From assembly GCA_000320545.1 (NCBI GenBank), contig ADNK01002537.1:34862-98861 (forward strand): a DNA stretch of 64,000 nucleotides, read 5' to 3'. Below are positions 1 through 19,127 of the stretch, one piece after another. The stretch comes from Bigelowiella natans CCMP2755 (lineage: Eukaryota > Protista > Cercozoa). Every line of letters begins with the position of its first letter. The stretch's first letter is position 1. The position numbers and the translations under genes are program-made. The notes under the pieces are model-generated. The model worked only from the letters and a program-made list of their open reading frames with translations, had not been told where the DNA came from and searched no databases.

Positions 1-46
1 GAATTTATACACACACACACGCACACACAGACACACACAAACAAAC

Positions 47-83
<37 letters not shown>

Positions 84-220
84 TATTTAATATTGGTTGC
101 GAATACGGAACAAAACTAGCGGTTGCTCATTGGATTACAGAAACGACTTTCATTTATTCATTTCATGATGTTGGCGTGGTATGAGCTCATCAGCATTTTG
201 CCGTGTTGCAACCATCCAAG

Positions 221-5941
<5,721 letters not shown>

Positions 5942-6099
5942 CCAGCGATCGTGTTAACTTCGATTTGTGCTGATCCAGTGCTCTTAATTTTGGTTTTGTG
6001 CACATCGGATTCGCATTTAACTAGCAATGATGTTGGATTGTTGAAATATCTTGTAAATTTTGTTTGTTTTATTTCTAAAATTGTTTACGATTCATTAAC

Positions 6100-6560
6100 A
6101 CATCTAGATTTATTGTGAAGTGTACCAAAAATTGCATCCTGTGACTTCTTCTCTGTGGAGGGTTTTCAATTGTGTTTGCGCAGCAGCCACGCTAGCACGT
6201 GCAAGTGTGCGCACTGAACTCCAAGTGCACAATTTTTGTCAGACAGCTGCATGGCGTGGTGAAATTCAGAGGGGGGCACACGAACCGTTTCCAGATTTTC
6301 AAAGATCCTTCATTTTGCGCGCACGCACGTAGCGCGGAACAGCTTGAGTGATTCAGTGATCAGGAATCGTGCAGCACGCACGCGTGCCGAAACTGTCTAG
6401 CTGTGCTGGGCAGCGCACGCACGTGACAAACACACGTGGTTTCACACACGCTGGTTTCAACATTATGTGTGGTTTCATGCATGTGTTCTCAGCTGTCACA
6501 CGAACATCTTGAATTTGTTCAGGCCATGACGCGTCTCTGCGCGTCTATGAAAGAGCACTC
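6100..6560. other. TG/CA-rich intergenic block downstream of the CHD gene
   Basis: Dense in tgca, cacgt, gcac and gctag; few CC/GG. Confidence 0.5.
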
Positions 6561-6944
6561 CATTCCATGCCAGCGTCTCGACATCGCAAGCCTCGTCATA
6601 GCGGAAAATGCCCATTTCATTGCCACATTACTTGTCGCAGATCGCAATGCGGATGCGATTCAACCATTCTTGCTCTCCGACAGCAATCACAACAAAAGAT
6701 TACCTTTGAGCACTATCTTCCTCTAGAAAATGCCGGGATTAAAAATGAAAAGGTAATTTTCTGGGCCTTTTCTGCTCATTTACGTGAGGGTTGTTACATT
6801 TCAACGTTTTTCCGCCATGTTAAAGGAAGATTTTCGTGTGATGAACTCTCACATTTTGCCATTTTGCGGGCACATCTTCTCTGTCTGCCTCGAATTCAAG
6901 CTATTCAAGCTCCTTTGAGCTCCGTCCGGCTCCAAGGCGAAAGC

Positions 6945-9900
6945 ATGGTAGCTTTTAAACTCGCTATGGTTCTTGTTCTTTTCGCATGGATTGCAAAGTG
7001 CCAATACATCCTTAATGTAACCGAACTGTCAGAGGAAGAGATTTTTCACTACCGTGCTACAAGTGCTACATGGGATGGGAGATCCCCTTCTCGTATGGGT
7101 GATGTAAATAATGACGGGGTTCACGACTTCGCTATTGCAAGGGCTAGAGGGAACGATCGTGGTGTACTAATCATATTCGGTGGAGCTGGTTTGTCATCCC
7201 TCGGCAGTTCAACATCCTACGAAGAAGTTTCAGTAGGCCAAGGATTAAAAATAAGAAGAGCTACCCCGGATAATGGTGATTGGTTTGGAAGCAATGTGGA
7301 CTTTGGGGATGTGAATGGAGATCAAATATCAGATATTCTTATATCGAGCTTTTTTGCATCCCCTTTGGGCATTGAACGAGCTGGTCAAGTGTACGTGATA
7401 TTTGGCGGATCGCACCTAACAGATCTTGGTGTTTTGGAGGTTGAAACAATGAGTCCTGAGCAAGGTGTGGAAATTAACGGAACGCGTTATATTGAAAGCT
7501 TACATCACGTGAGCGGAGGAGGCGACTTCAACAATGACGGGTTTGATGACTTATTAATCGGCAGTTCTTATGGTGTAGACAACAACATAGGTGGCGGTAA
7601 CGGAGGAATTGGACGAGCTTACCTTCTGTTCGGAGGCCCAAACTTTCTCGCGAATCAATCAAGTGTCAATCTTACCACAGAGTTTGTTGTTGGGACTAAT
7701 ATTGGACTACATTTCGACGGATCAAATAATGGGGAAATAGTGCGTCATGTACAATTTCTGGGGGATGTAAACGGAGATGGGATTGATGATATTTCTATTA
7801 GTTGTCCCATAACTAGAGATAATGCTGGAACTGTTTATATTATATTTGGAAACTCAAACCCGGTCTCTAGAAATAGTCTGAGCAATCTGAGAGACTTTTC
7901 GAATTGGGACGAGGGGGTTGTATTAGATGGAATAATCGATGTCAATTATCGGCTGGGAAACGTATTTGTTTCTGGTGGAGATTTCAATGGCGATGGCATA
8001 AACGATATTGCTCTTGGACAAGAAGCATCTGGTATTACTGGTATTGGTGTATCATTAGCGTATGTTGTATTTGGCGGTCCGTACCTCAATGCTCTCGGGT
8101 CATTATCCATGGACGAATTGGAGGTTGGAATAGGACTTACCCTAAATACGTCGGTAGTTCTCGGCGGGTCCACAAATATATCATCTGGAGGATACACAGC
8201 AGTTCAGTTTGTCTCAGATGTGACAGGGGACGGGATGGACGATCTCTTGATAGGCTGTCGATTAGAAACAATAGACGGCGTACTTGACACTGGCAGAGCA
8301 TATCTTGTGTACGGTGGGAGTGATGTGGATAAGCAAAAATATGTTCCATTGAATGACCTCCCTCGAGACTGGGGCATTATTATTGAAGGGAACCGAGATA
8401 GCAACTCTCAGTTTGGTATTATTGTTGGATCTGCTGGAGACATAAATAACGATGGTCTCAACGATTTTCGTATCCACCAAGGTTTGCCCCAGGGTGTAAC
8501 GAACACATATATAATTTATGGTAGGATTGTAACAGCCTCCCCAACATCATCTCCCGTTACTTGTGGCCAGGGATACTACAGAGATGAGCAGATGGTATGT
8601 AGATAATTTGTTTTCGCAATCACCACCTTCAATCTGAATACATCTTTGTTTCTATACAGAGATGTCTACCATGTGGCTTTGATTTTTATTGTGACGGAAC
8701 AGCGAGGACTTCATGCCCATCGTTTTCTGGAACTGGCGAAAACGTGAACGCTATTACCCTTAATCATTGTCTATGTAACACCGGGTTCTATGGATATCCA
8801 GCCCTTGGAAGGGCATGTATCAGCTGCGAGCTTTCTCAATTCTGCCCTTATGGAACTACGGTTTATAAACTTGAAATTTATTCGAAGTCGAGAAGTTGAG
8901 CTGTCAATGAAAATTATTTATTTGCACAAAAGGAACGTCAGCTTTGCCCTCCTGGTTACCATTGCCCTTCAACGGATGTTTCACTAGTTTGTGTGGAGGG
9001 AACCTATTGCCCTGAAGGTATGACAACGATAACCCTTCCAGCTTTCTGGGCTTAAAGTATTTTTCCGTAGGAAGCACTGAGGAAAGATTGTGTTCAAGAG
9101 GCATGCATTGTCCCAATACAACAGTGGTACAAAGCACAGAAGATTAAGTGACTTAGATATAAGTTTCGTATTCTGTACGTAGATGATTGAATGCAGAAAA
9201 GGTGAATACTGTGCAGATGAGGGTCGCACATCACCGGAGGAATGTCCGGCCGGTTCATACTGCCCTCGTCCAACTGAGGTTCGCTTATATTGCTTTGTAT
9301 AGCAATACGAAGTTCTTATATTCAATAATGTAATAAAAAAGATGATTCCTTGTACTCTGGGAGATTTCTGTCCGGTTCGCAGTTCCTTTAACCAAACGTG
9401 TCCCATCGGATTTGCGTAAGCTATTTTCTCTTGATTTGTGAAACGTCCTTTTCCGAATGAATTTAAGAGAGAGTGAACTGCCCAATATTCAACTGTTTAG
9501 ATGTCCATCTCCTGGCGAGCGGAAACGCTGCTCCAATGGCACATTTTCCGATACGCCAGGAAGCATTAGTTGTACACAATGTCCAGCCGGGAGCTATTGC
9601 TCCTCAGAATCGCAACGAAGATGTCCGGCAAATTCCGAGTCGTTTCCAGGTTCAATGGATATATCTCAGTGTGTCTGCAAAGAAGGGTATAAAAGAATTC
9701 TATTCATAAGCGTTGATTCTATTCAAATTGAACTCACGCTCGCGCACTTAAATTCAGGTTTGGCCGCCTCGACTGTGATAAATGTGTCGAACTCAATTCC
9801 ACTTTTGACGTCACTTTGATAGTTGTTGGAGCTCTTCTTGGATTTTCTTTGGTGCTGATCATAGGCTTCATGATAAGACATTATGGATCCAAGAACACGT

Positions 9901-11008
9901 CTTTAAGTTTAACATTGGTAGTAATCCCGAATGTGTTATGTAGCAAATACCAACAAGTAACTTTGCATTAACTAATCAGGAGTTCGTTGCGGTTACAGCT
10001 GGATTTATAGGAGATTGGAGTAACTGGTGTACAGATTTAGCAACGTTAATCAATGTAGTGCAGCCAAACAGCGATCTCCAGAATCTAGTGCTACCCGTTA
10101 TTCTTTGTTTGAGTGCCGGAGGATTGATGAACGTTGCAGGATCTATTGTTTCATATTTCATCATTCGTGAGTTATGCAAGCAGGTTTGTAAAATGACACC
10201 ATCGTGTATGTTGATAAAGTTAAATATAGATTTTTAGGTGAGTGAACGTAAATCAAAAACAGAGGGGCTAGAGCAAAGGTTGAAATTCCTCGAAGACTTT
10301 ACAAAACAAGCAGAAAGGTTTTTTAGGAAACTGGATTTGAATAAGGGGGAAATGGGCGATATGCCAGGAAAACGTCGAAGTATCTCAGAATGGAATTCAG
10401 CTCTAGAAGTCCTTCATTCAACAGCATCCATGCCGTCCATAAAATATGAAACCATTTCTTCACTTCCATCAATGCAGTGCGATTCATTAATCAATGGAAT
10501 TCGCAAGAGTAATAGAAAAAGAAATTTGGCAATAATGGATGCTTGTGAACTACTCGTCCAAGTAGTCCCGATGTTCATCATTACCGCAGGGCCAATAATG
10601 TCGCAAGCCCCGTTATCCGATGTTCGAGGCTGGGTCTTCCGAGTCTCTCTCATCATCGGAGCAATGTCTGTAGGGGCTAAACTATACCGCGTATCAAGAT
10701 ACTTCGAAAATTTAGCTCACAGTGAAAAGCTCCAGAAACAGCTATGTTTGTTAATGATAGGCATACAGTTAGATTGTTATTCTACTAGGAAAAGAGGTAA
10801 GGTATCTCAAAGTTTTGATTCAAAATTGAGTAAAGACCCCCTCATTGCCAACCCCAAATCTGCTGGGGTTCACAACAATATTGGCAGCCAGGTTGAAAGC
10901 ATTGATACCCCGACTGGTATTAGGAATGCTGAAAGTTCAAACGAAGCTCCAAATTGGAATTTGCTCTCGTTAAAGAATGATAGATCTTCTTCTGTCCCTA
11001 GTAACTGA
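6945..11008 (+). CDS. FG-GAP repeat (integrin-alpha-like beta-propeller) protein with Cys-rich repeats and a ~5-TM C-terminal region
   Basis: ATG 6945 starts a signal peptide (MVAFKLAMVLVLFAWIAKC). Exon 1 (6945-8594) has seven GDxNxDG-type Ca-binding loops (GDVNNDG, GDVNGDQ, GDFNNDG, GDVNGDG, GDFNGDG, SDVTGDG, GDINNDG), each followed by a G-x-x-Y-x-x-F/Y-G-type strand. Short-intron exons encode CPPGYHCP, CPAGSYCP, CSNGTFSDTPGSISCTQCPAGSYC. Hydrophobic segments follow in exons ~9759-9917, 9980-10183 and 10238-11008. Confidence 0.85.
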
Positions 11009-11456
11009 GCACATCGAAATGTGTGCGCGCTGCTAATGGAGTTATTGTTAGTTTTGAAAGATACAGATGCATGGTTCATAACATCTCCCTCATATTAGTC
11101 ATATTAGTCCTCCCATTGAAACAGTTTCATTCTCGTAATGAACTGCTGAGCTCTGCTTGCACATTTGCCAGCATCAAAAATGTGAGACAGATGTAATGGA
11201 AAATTTAAGTTGCTATTCGTTCAAAGTTCATTCCAACGTAGCTGCATAGACAAGCTAGATAGCTGTGAAATGAAATTGCAACGCTGTGGTCACAGCACAG
11301 TGCATGATCTGTGTTTGTCATTAGTTTCTGCAATTTAGTTTGCTAGTTTGTAGAATCACTCGTGTTTGTAACGTCTTTGTTTGGAGCCGCAGATTTTGCT
11401 TCGGAAGGTCTAGAGGTGCCGTGACGTTTGGCAATGACAGACACAACTAGACAACC

Positions 11457-11546
11457 TGACACCATGCATGCACTGTGCTTCTACACTAGTACATGCTAGC
11501 ATGACACCATGAATGCACTGTGCTTCTACATTAGTACATGCTAGCA
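11457..11546. repeat. 45-bp tandem duplication (2 copies)
   Basis: tgacaccatg(c/a)atgcactgtgcttctaca(c/t)tagtacatgctagca at 11457-11501 and 11502-11546. Confidence 0.9.
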
Positions 11547-11637
11547 TGTACCAGATCACTGCATGTGTGTGTCTGTCATGCCAGCTAGCCAGAGTAGCAC
11601 GCGCGCACATCCTGACATGGACACATCTAGACATTGG

Positions 11638-11673
11638 CTAGATTGATGACTAGATTGATGTCTAGATTGATGC
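11638..11673. repeat. 12-bp tandem repeat x3
   Basis: ctagattgatg(a/t/c) three times. Confidence 0.9.
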
Positions 11674-12839
11674 GACGAGATCTAGAGATGTGTGGTTGAT
11701 CAAGCTAGCAAGCTAGCAAGATTCGTCCATGCAAGACGGATGTGATGCAACCCGTGCAAACACGTGATTGCCAATTTTCGAGTTTCCAAGCCCATGCAAC
11801 ATCGGGAAAAGTTGGACCAGGTCACAACACTTTCAGGCTTGCATGGTGTTTGCGTGCATGTGCATGCTCGTTTCATTGGGCACTGTCTAGCCATCCATGT
11901 GCGAAGTGGATTCGGACAACTTTGCGTCGTTGTTCAGTTGCATTGACCAAAACAAGGCAAGGATTTTGATGCATCGTGTGTCACGCATCTGCAGCACAAT
12001 TTTGCCGAATTTCCCGATTTTTCGACAGCGCAAAATGCATGAGCCTCGGTCAATTTGTGGCTTGCAGATCGATCAGAGAAAAAAAGCAGGCGGCATGTCT
12101 GCTCATCATGCCTGATGCATCTGCAATGCCAGCAGCGTCGCGCAAGCGTTGCCTGAGGCTGCGCCTTGGAATTGCCAGGGTCGTTTGCACGGGTTGTGCG
12201 TGAATGAATAAAATTGAATTCATTCGATGGCATGGTCATCCTCACGTAGCTGTGCATCGCACACACGCAAGACAATCTCCTGCTTGCTTCAAGTTGATTG
12301 CCGCACGATGTGACGATGTGGTTTATATGTGATATTATGTGTCTGTAATCCAATGCAAAACTGTGATTCTTTTGCACGTGGGTTGTTGTTGTTCATTTAC
12401 GAGCACAACATTATTGCAAGCATGCATGCATGCGCACACTTCGATTGTTGTAGCTTGATGCAGTGCCACTAAAACATAAAGCAGATTGTGGCAAAAACTA
12501 CCAACAAGATTTAGTGATCTTAATCTTAGCGACGTGTCTGCTGTGCACACTGCACAGCTACACACATGTGTTAGAATGACGATTGTCAAAATGTGACCAT
12601 TCAATTGCATTCGTACGTCTCAAGTGCCGCTTGACATCAACATGCAAGCTCAAGCGCTGCCATTTGCGCAAAAAGATGAACAAATTCAATGCCAAACAGA
12701 CTTTGGATAACGTGTACTTGCAATAACATGTCGACCCTTGAAATGCACGTGGGGATGCCGAACACATGCTGAAGGCAAAACATGCCTGGTTTCGATGGCG
12801 CCTTTCAACAAAGTACGCGAACCATTGTGTGGCATTAAG

Positions 12840-13947
12840 TCATCCGCCTATAAAATCAAATATTTGGTAGCAAGCATGTGATTAAATTAAAGAAGATCAG
12901 AAAAGGAAGCATCATGCAGCAGGCAGTGACCAATGATTCTTTGGAGTTCCGAACTGACTTTCTGTGAAAGGACGTCTGGATCGATGACCTATGGGGAAGA
13001 TGAGTACAACGTAAAATAAAATACTGTAACAATGTTCAATCCAGAAAGATCAACTGACAGTATTTGTAGACTCCATAAACTTGGACAAGAATTCATCTTT
13101 ATCGACCTGAAAATACAGACACGTAAATAGTTAACATCGACACCGTTCGCTTCTTACAGCAATACGGCCGTGATGACGACGCCAACGAATATACAAAAAG
13201 CCAAATCTTATATTCAATTTTATGCTCAGAAACAACCACATCGGGATCGCGACATTCGTAACGAATCACCACTATTCCCACATATAACGCATCAGCTGGC
13301 ATCTGCCATCTTTCAGCCATAGGCTTCGGGTAGCGAAATCCGAGCAGCGAAATCAAGCATTGCTTGTGAGATTACCTTCCCGTCACTATTAGTATCCATG
13401 CCTTTGAGGACTTCGTCGAATGCAGCCGCGTTATCGAACGCTTGGAGCGTCTATTAGTTTAAGTTAAGTTGCGGTGCAATATATTAATCATATCGGTTTT
13501 TGCTCTCAAACAATCGATTAGATCTGGATCTCTCGCATGTATTATCAATCCTCCGTACATGCGGCGATGTGTCTAGTCATCACTACCGCGACAGTATTTG
13601 ACGTCGGCACAAAACTGGTTTGTATGAGTTCGTGCAAACTGCTGCTGACAAGGGGGCTGGGGGATGGTTTAGTTTAGTCGCCTAATCAAAATTACCTTTA
13701 CGAGGATCTTTGGAACATGCTCTTGGATCAATGGGACCTAATGGATGAGGTGAGAGCAAATTTCTACTTGACATATGATTTCTCATCTCACACCTTGAGC
13801 TCAATTCGTGTGCATTGCAGTTATGGTTTATTATGTGGTAGTTGTGGTGACCTTCTCCTCAAACATATCGTCCAATGCTTCGTGAGAGAGGCCTTACGAT
13901 GGCGAGAGCAGTACCGGAAGGGATTACAATTTCAATCAAGATTCGCT

Positions 13948-13982
<35 letters not shown>

Positions 13983-14955
13983 ATACGCGCGCTCATGCGA
14001 GAGTGTGTACCTTGCTGCTTCAGCATAGAAAGAGTCATCTTCAAGCCGTCCGTGATTAAATCCACCATCGTCTATTCAACCAAATTCGCATGGAGTTTAG
14101 GCTACTATCTACGCACTGTGAATAGGGATGCCGTGCTCGAGCCGGTGTGCAAATGTGATAGTCTCACCTCGGTCAATATGACGTATGTTCCATCGAAGTA
14201 GTCCCTCATAAGACCCCTATTCTCGGCCACGCTGAGTTCCCCGTCCTTTCCACAAACCGTCGAGAAATACGAACAATCTCAGCAATGGCAGTGACTTTGC
14301 TTTTCTCGCACCCAGAAAGAGTGAAATGTAAATTATTACGATATGGTGATGATGCGGAGCACCTCCACCATAGACTGTATCATGCACTATTCTGGCGTTA
14401 TATTGTTATTCACATATAGACTAAAATCGACATCAAAGTACAAAAACTCTTTATTCACCCCATTTTTATCGTAAACGTCCCAAAGCTTTGTGAGGGTTTG
14501 CTTATGGAGCTGCCGAATGAAACAAACCAAAAATACGCATCATCAGTAGATGAAATGAAAGGCGTCGTGCATCCTCTTTATGCTATGCACGCAAAAATAT
14601 TTGGGAAATGGCAGAAAAGAACATAATCAGAAATCTGATAAATACACTACTCTCCCTGTACCGAAAATTCTGACACCCTCTCAACCTCAAGCCGTAATGT
14701 ATAAGTCGATAATAACTAAGGTGCAGCTCAGTATCCAACAAATTCCTAACACATGTCCTAATTTCTATTTTCATCAAATCGTGTGGAAAGTACCTTTGTA
14801 CGGCGCTGAAGAGAATCCTGCTTCAAAGCCTTAAAATATTTAAAAATAAATAAATGATTTGAGGTTTGCTCTACTTACAAAGGCTGGGGCTTATTCTTTC
14901 AGCGGACAAACGTAAAACTTCAGATTTTCCGTAAGCACCACACACACACACGTGC

Positions 14956-15004
<49 letters not shown>

Positions 15005-15670
15005 TTAGAGAAAGAGAAAGAAAAAGGGGGAGAGAAAGAGCGAATATGATTTTGCAAACATATGTATTTGCCGTGATCATCATCGCTTTTTGCAAGATAG
15101 ATTTTAATAAAAACGTGTACAAAACAAACTCGAATACCTGCATGCCGCTTGAATCGCCCTTTTGAGCCTATATACGAAACAACAACGCGCAAAAGTGCAT
15201 TGTTGGCCAATCTAAAATCAAATGCATAAGGATTGCAACGGTCGCGCATATTACCCGCATCGCAGCGTCCATACACCTGATGTAAGGACCAAATAAGCAC
15301 TTCTCCACACACAACGAATACGAAATACGAACTGCGTTCTATAGGACGTCAGGACTCAACGGACGTCAGGACTCAACGCGAATGGAAGGATTTTGCACGT
15401 TATGAAATGCTTTAAACTTTGTATTGACAAATATTCAATCGTTACGTAAAAGTTGATGGAATGCTCAAGCATATAGCCGAAAACATCGCCATATACACGA
15501 AATTCGAAGACGAGACTACACACGCTTTGATCATAACATTCATAGACAACAATTTAACTTAGGATTCGTATGCGTGTCAAATTTTTGTCACGTTAAACCT
15601 TTGTCGGAACTTTGGATCTTTCATCAGTTTTGTGTCCGCCTCGACTCCCTATCGAAAGCCATATCCAAAA

Positions 15671-15705
<35 letters not shown>

Positions 15706-16357
15706 CAAGGACATCCCAAGCCTGATCGTTTCAAAGTATCGTGATGGCTCGTCAGTAATTGTCATTTATAAAAATTCGTGTTCATTTTGACTATGTAGAA
15801 TGCACTTGAATGTTAAATTGCCGGTAGGTAGAGTCTACCTCTCGTAGTAGATCCTTTACGACACGCGCACCTTCGGTTTCTTTGTCAATAGGCATAATGA
15901 ACGGTTCGCTGACAGTCTTGGTTCTACGTCAATATGCACGGAGAATAATTATCAGGATGTATCACCTATTTCTTAAGTTCTTTGATTGCATGCAATTTCT
16001 TTATTCGAAAAGTAATAGTGGCAAACCACAGCAGTAGTATTCTCAGCCAACGAGACAATCACGGAAGAGCAGAAGGGAAGATAGCGTATCGCCCAGTTAA
16101 TATATTCGTTCGCTTTGCATGTGCTCAAACCTTTTCATTTTTTGAGCTGAGCTCGCCATCGACTGCTGGGATTCCTTTGCATCTACCGGGTTAAAACTTC
16201 GTTAGCTTCGCTTATACACGTGTTGGCATTCGGACAGAGCACGTTGAAACCTATACGGTTTGAAGTGGAATTCGAAAACGCGGCCGAATGATATACACCT
16301 ACCTGGTTTTTCTCCATTGGAAGGTGGCGGAGGAGGGTTACTTGCTCCACACCCCAT
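12840..16357 (-). CDS. N-myristoylated/palmitoylated EF-hand calcium-binding protein (~260 aa, 15-16 small exons)
   Basis: Phase-consistent splicing gives MGCGASNPPPPPSNGEKPDAKE...LWDVYDKNG|DGELSVAENRGLMRDY...DEVLKGMDTNSDGK|VDKDEFLSKF...ELQRII. Two canonical EF loops. The stop is at 12840-12842 or 12887-12889, depending on the last intron. Confidence 0.82.
15344..15377. repeat. 17-bp perfect tandem duplication in an intron
   Basis: ggacgtcaggactcaac x2. Confidence 0.9.
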
Positions 16358-17122
16358 TGCTGTTGGGAGACGGGACAAACCAGCGATGACTCAACAAGGG
16401 ATGCAGCGTGTTTTCAATCATGAATATAAAATAATATCTATACTACTTCTTCACGGATGACACTACGAAATCTGGTCTCTCCCCCCCCCCCCCCCCCTCC
16501 CTTTCCGCATTGGCGAGAGCACACAAGCGTTACGTTGGATTCGCGTTCAGTTTTGCCAAACCTTGTTGCATCTAATAAGCTTACTAATGCAGAGAAATAT
16601 TATTGTCGTAGTATCAATATCGCCACTGAAAGGATATAAACCAAGCCGAAACCGGAGAATATGAATAATCGGGATTATTGCCCAAATTGGTTTTAAGTTT
16701 TTTTATCGATTTAGAACACATGTCGCACTTAAAACATTCATGGCATTTGTAACCTTTTTATAAAAGTCTTGGGAATGTACGATGTTTTGGGGTTAAAGTT
16801 TCGAACTAGATCTAGAGTCAAATGCATTTTTCCGCTTGTTCTTGAAAATGCTAGAAAATAAACATACCCAACAAAGACACCATAAATATCTAGTCAGAAT
16901 GGCCAAAAAGTTTTGAATCTTATAAATGTTGTTTCAAATGTTGTTTGATCTTATTTAAATGTCTCTTTATAATCGGAAAAAGATCTAGAATTTTTAGCCC
17001 AAATACTTGAACTGACAGCTCCTGCACAACCAATTATCCGATCACTTTCTCTGCCCGGCCCCTCCACCCAGTGATGGCATCGATGGGAGAGTACGCTGGG
17101 TAGCACATGGACAAACAAAGAT
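16358..17122. promoter_or_regulatory. AT-rich divergent (bidirectional) promoter region between the EF-hand and HTTM genes
   Basis: Head-to-head starts at 16357 (-) and ~17123 (+). AT-rich core at ~16600-17000. No specific element identified. Confidence 0.5.
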
Positions 17123-18209
17123 ATGGAAGCAAAGAAAGATAATTCAAATGACCTGGTAGTGTATATTTGAAGACGGGAAAATATGATAGAAAACACAGTC
17201 TTTTACATAGATGTATCATCGATGATCAGTGGCTTCAATGATAAAATCAGCACCGAGTTCCCTTGTATTAGCTTATAGATCATTCTTTTCCTGATTTACC
17301 ATAGTTTTGACCCCCCCCGCCTCACCCCCCGTCGCTTCGGCTTTTTCGCTCTTTCAAGCGCTTAGTCTTATCACAATATTGAGAATAGAGGCCACGCTTG
17401 ATTTCCCCCACACATCTTACTTTTGAACGAAGCCTGAGTGCAGAATTGGCGGGCGAATTTAGCTACAGGAGCGATGCAATCACTCTCGATGTATTTTACA
17501 ATATACAGAGAAATGCTCGGTTAAGTAATGATGACGGGAATGCAAAGCGTAACGCTGACGGGGACGAAAGCTGCACACCGAGCACGCCAGGAGGGCAATC
17601 TCCGAAAAGCACCTCCACACAGACGATCTTCTTCTATCTCTATCGTGTGTTCTCCATTGATGCACGCGCTCTGGCTGTATTTCGAATGGGTAGGTGGTCA
17701 GTGCTGCAGAACAAGCAACTTCTGAGTCGTATGCCAACACCGTAGGTCTAGCGCTCGTGGTCATGGTAGACGTCATCGAGAGGTCGCGCGTTTTTACTTT
17801 GCAGTTTGTACATAAGGAGAGAATACTTTACTTGGGTTGGTTGTGCGTTGAGCTGAAGTGCTTCTCCCCTAATCACATAGATCTTGGTGGATAGAGGAAT
17901 TCATGTCAGAATCTGGTAGGCCACCGGAGGAGGAGCAGGAAAGGGGGGGGGGGAGGGGGTGTGGGTTGCGCGAATTGATACAATTTGAAGGATGAGGTTA
18001 TACCAGAATATAGGAAAAGAAAGTCTAATTTTTTTAGTACTTAAAAATATTAAATACGTTGCGATTTCGTTGTTGTAGGGCTGTTGTCAAGACTATTGGT
18101 CCTCTCCGAGCAAACGAATGATGAAGCATGGTAGTAGTAGTTATAATTGCGTGATCTATAGAATTTAATGGAGAAGGAGACGACAAACACACAAAGAAGA
18201 AGAGGAGAA

Positions 18210-18261
<52 letters not shown>

Positions 18262-19086
18262 GAGATACCCGCGAGAGTCTGTGTACAAAACATCTCTCTC
18301 TCCCATTTTCTCTCTCTCTCTCTCTCCACGTATATTATTTATCTTAGTTAAATGCGTAGACTCGTGCACGTAGGCGAATCCATATGCTACATGGCAGCAT
18401 CGTTGATTTTTACCAAATAAAAACAGGTTTTGGAGCACGTATTTGATGTCAGACAAACTGCCGTTTCAATGGGCGCTGCTCACGATGCACTTCATCTCTG
18501 GTAATAGCCCCGTAAGTGCCATAATCTGTCGTAGTAAGTTAGGGTGATGACCTAGGGAGCGTGGTGATATCGTGCTCACGACACTCAGTATCATTTTGTC
18601 CTTCCTCTCTCCCAATATACTCAGCGTGTTGTATGTTTCTGGGTTATCATACACAAAAGGCTTGCTTCTTGTCATGGTAATACCGTGGTGTATAATGTGC
18701 ATCATCGAGCTATATATAAATACCGATGCAGTGAATTTCCCCACTCTCGCCTGATATTATGAAGAAGAAACACGTTTTCGTGATAACCGCCCACTCATCC
18801 CACTCATTGTATCTTTTCCGATTTTGGAACTATTTTTCTCTCTATTTTTTTTGCTCTGTTATCCTCATTTTCCGGTCTTTTTACATAGCGTGCGTGCGCG
18901 CGCGCTTGCCGTACTTGATACGGTGTGATGGTGTGCAGAGCTGGTGGTAGCATAGACCGATTAAATAAATAACTTATAAATAATATATATATATATATAT
19001 ATATATTATATTTATATTTATATATAAATGATAGCGTAACAGGATATTATTATTACACACACACACAAACACACACACACACACAC

Positions 19087-19127
<41 letters not shown>

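Larger units (their letters stand above)
11150..12830. other. CTAG/TGCA/CATG-rich block between convergent gene ends
   Basis: Numerous ctag, gctagc and catg sites; contains short tandem duplications. Confidence 0.7.

Noticed and set aside
6567-6944. 126-codon N-terminal extension of the 679-aa ORF
   Set aside because: The signal peptide begins at ATG 6945; the upstream part is promoter-like with no protein-like features.
10313-10330. RFFRK resembling the integrin-alpha GFFKR motif
   Set aside because: Not juxtamembrane after a single TM; probably chance.
11457-11720. CRISPR-like array
   Set aside because: Head-to-tail repeats without unique spacers, eukaryotic context, and no cas genes.
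17034-18744. Minus-strand ORFs suggesting a separate gene
   Set aside because: They are antisense to well-supported plus-strand HTTM exons.
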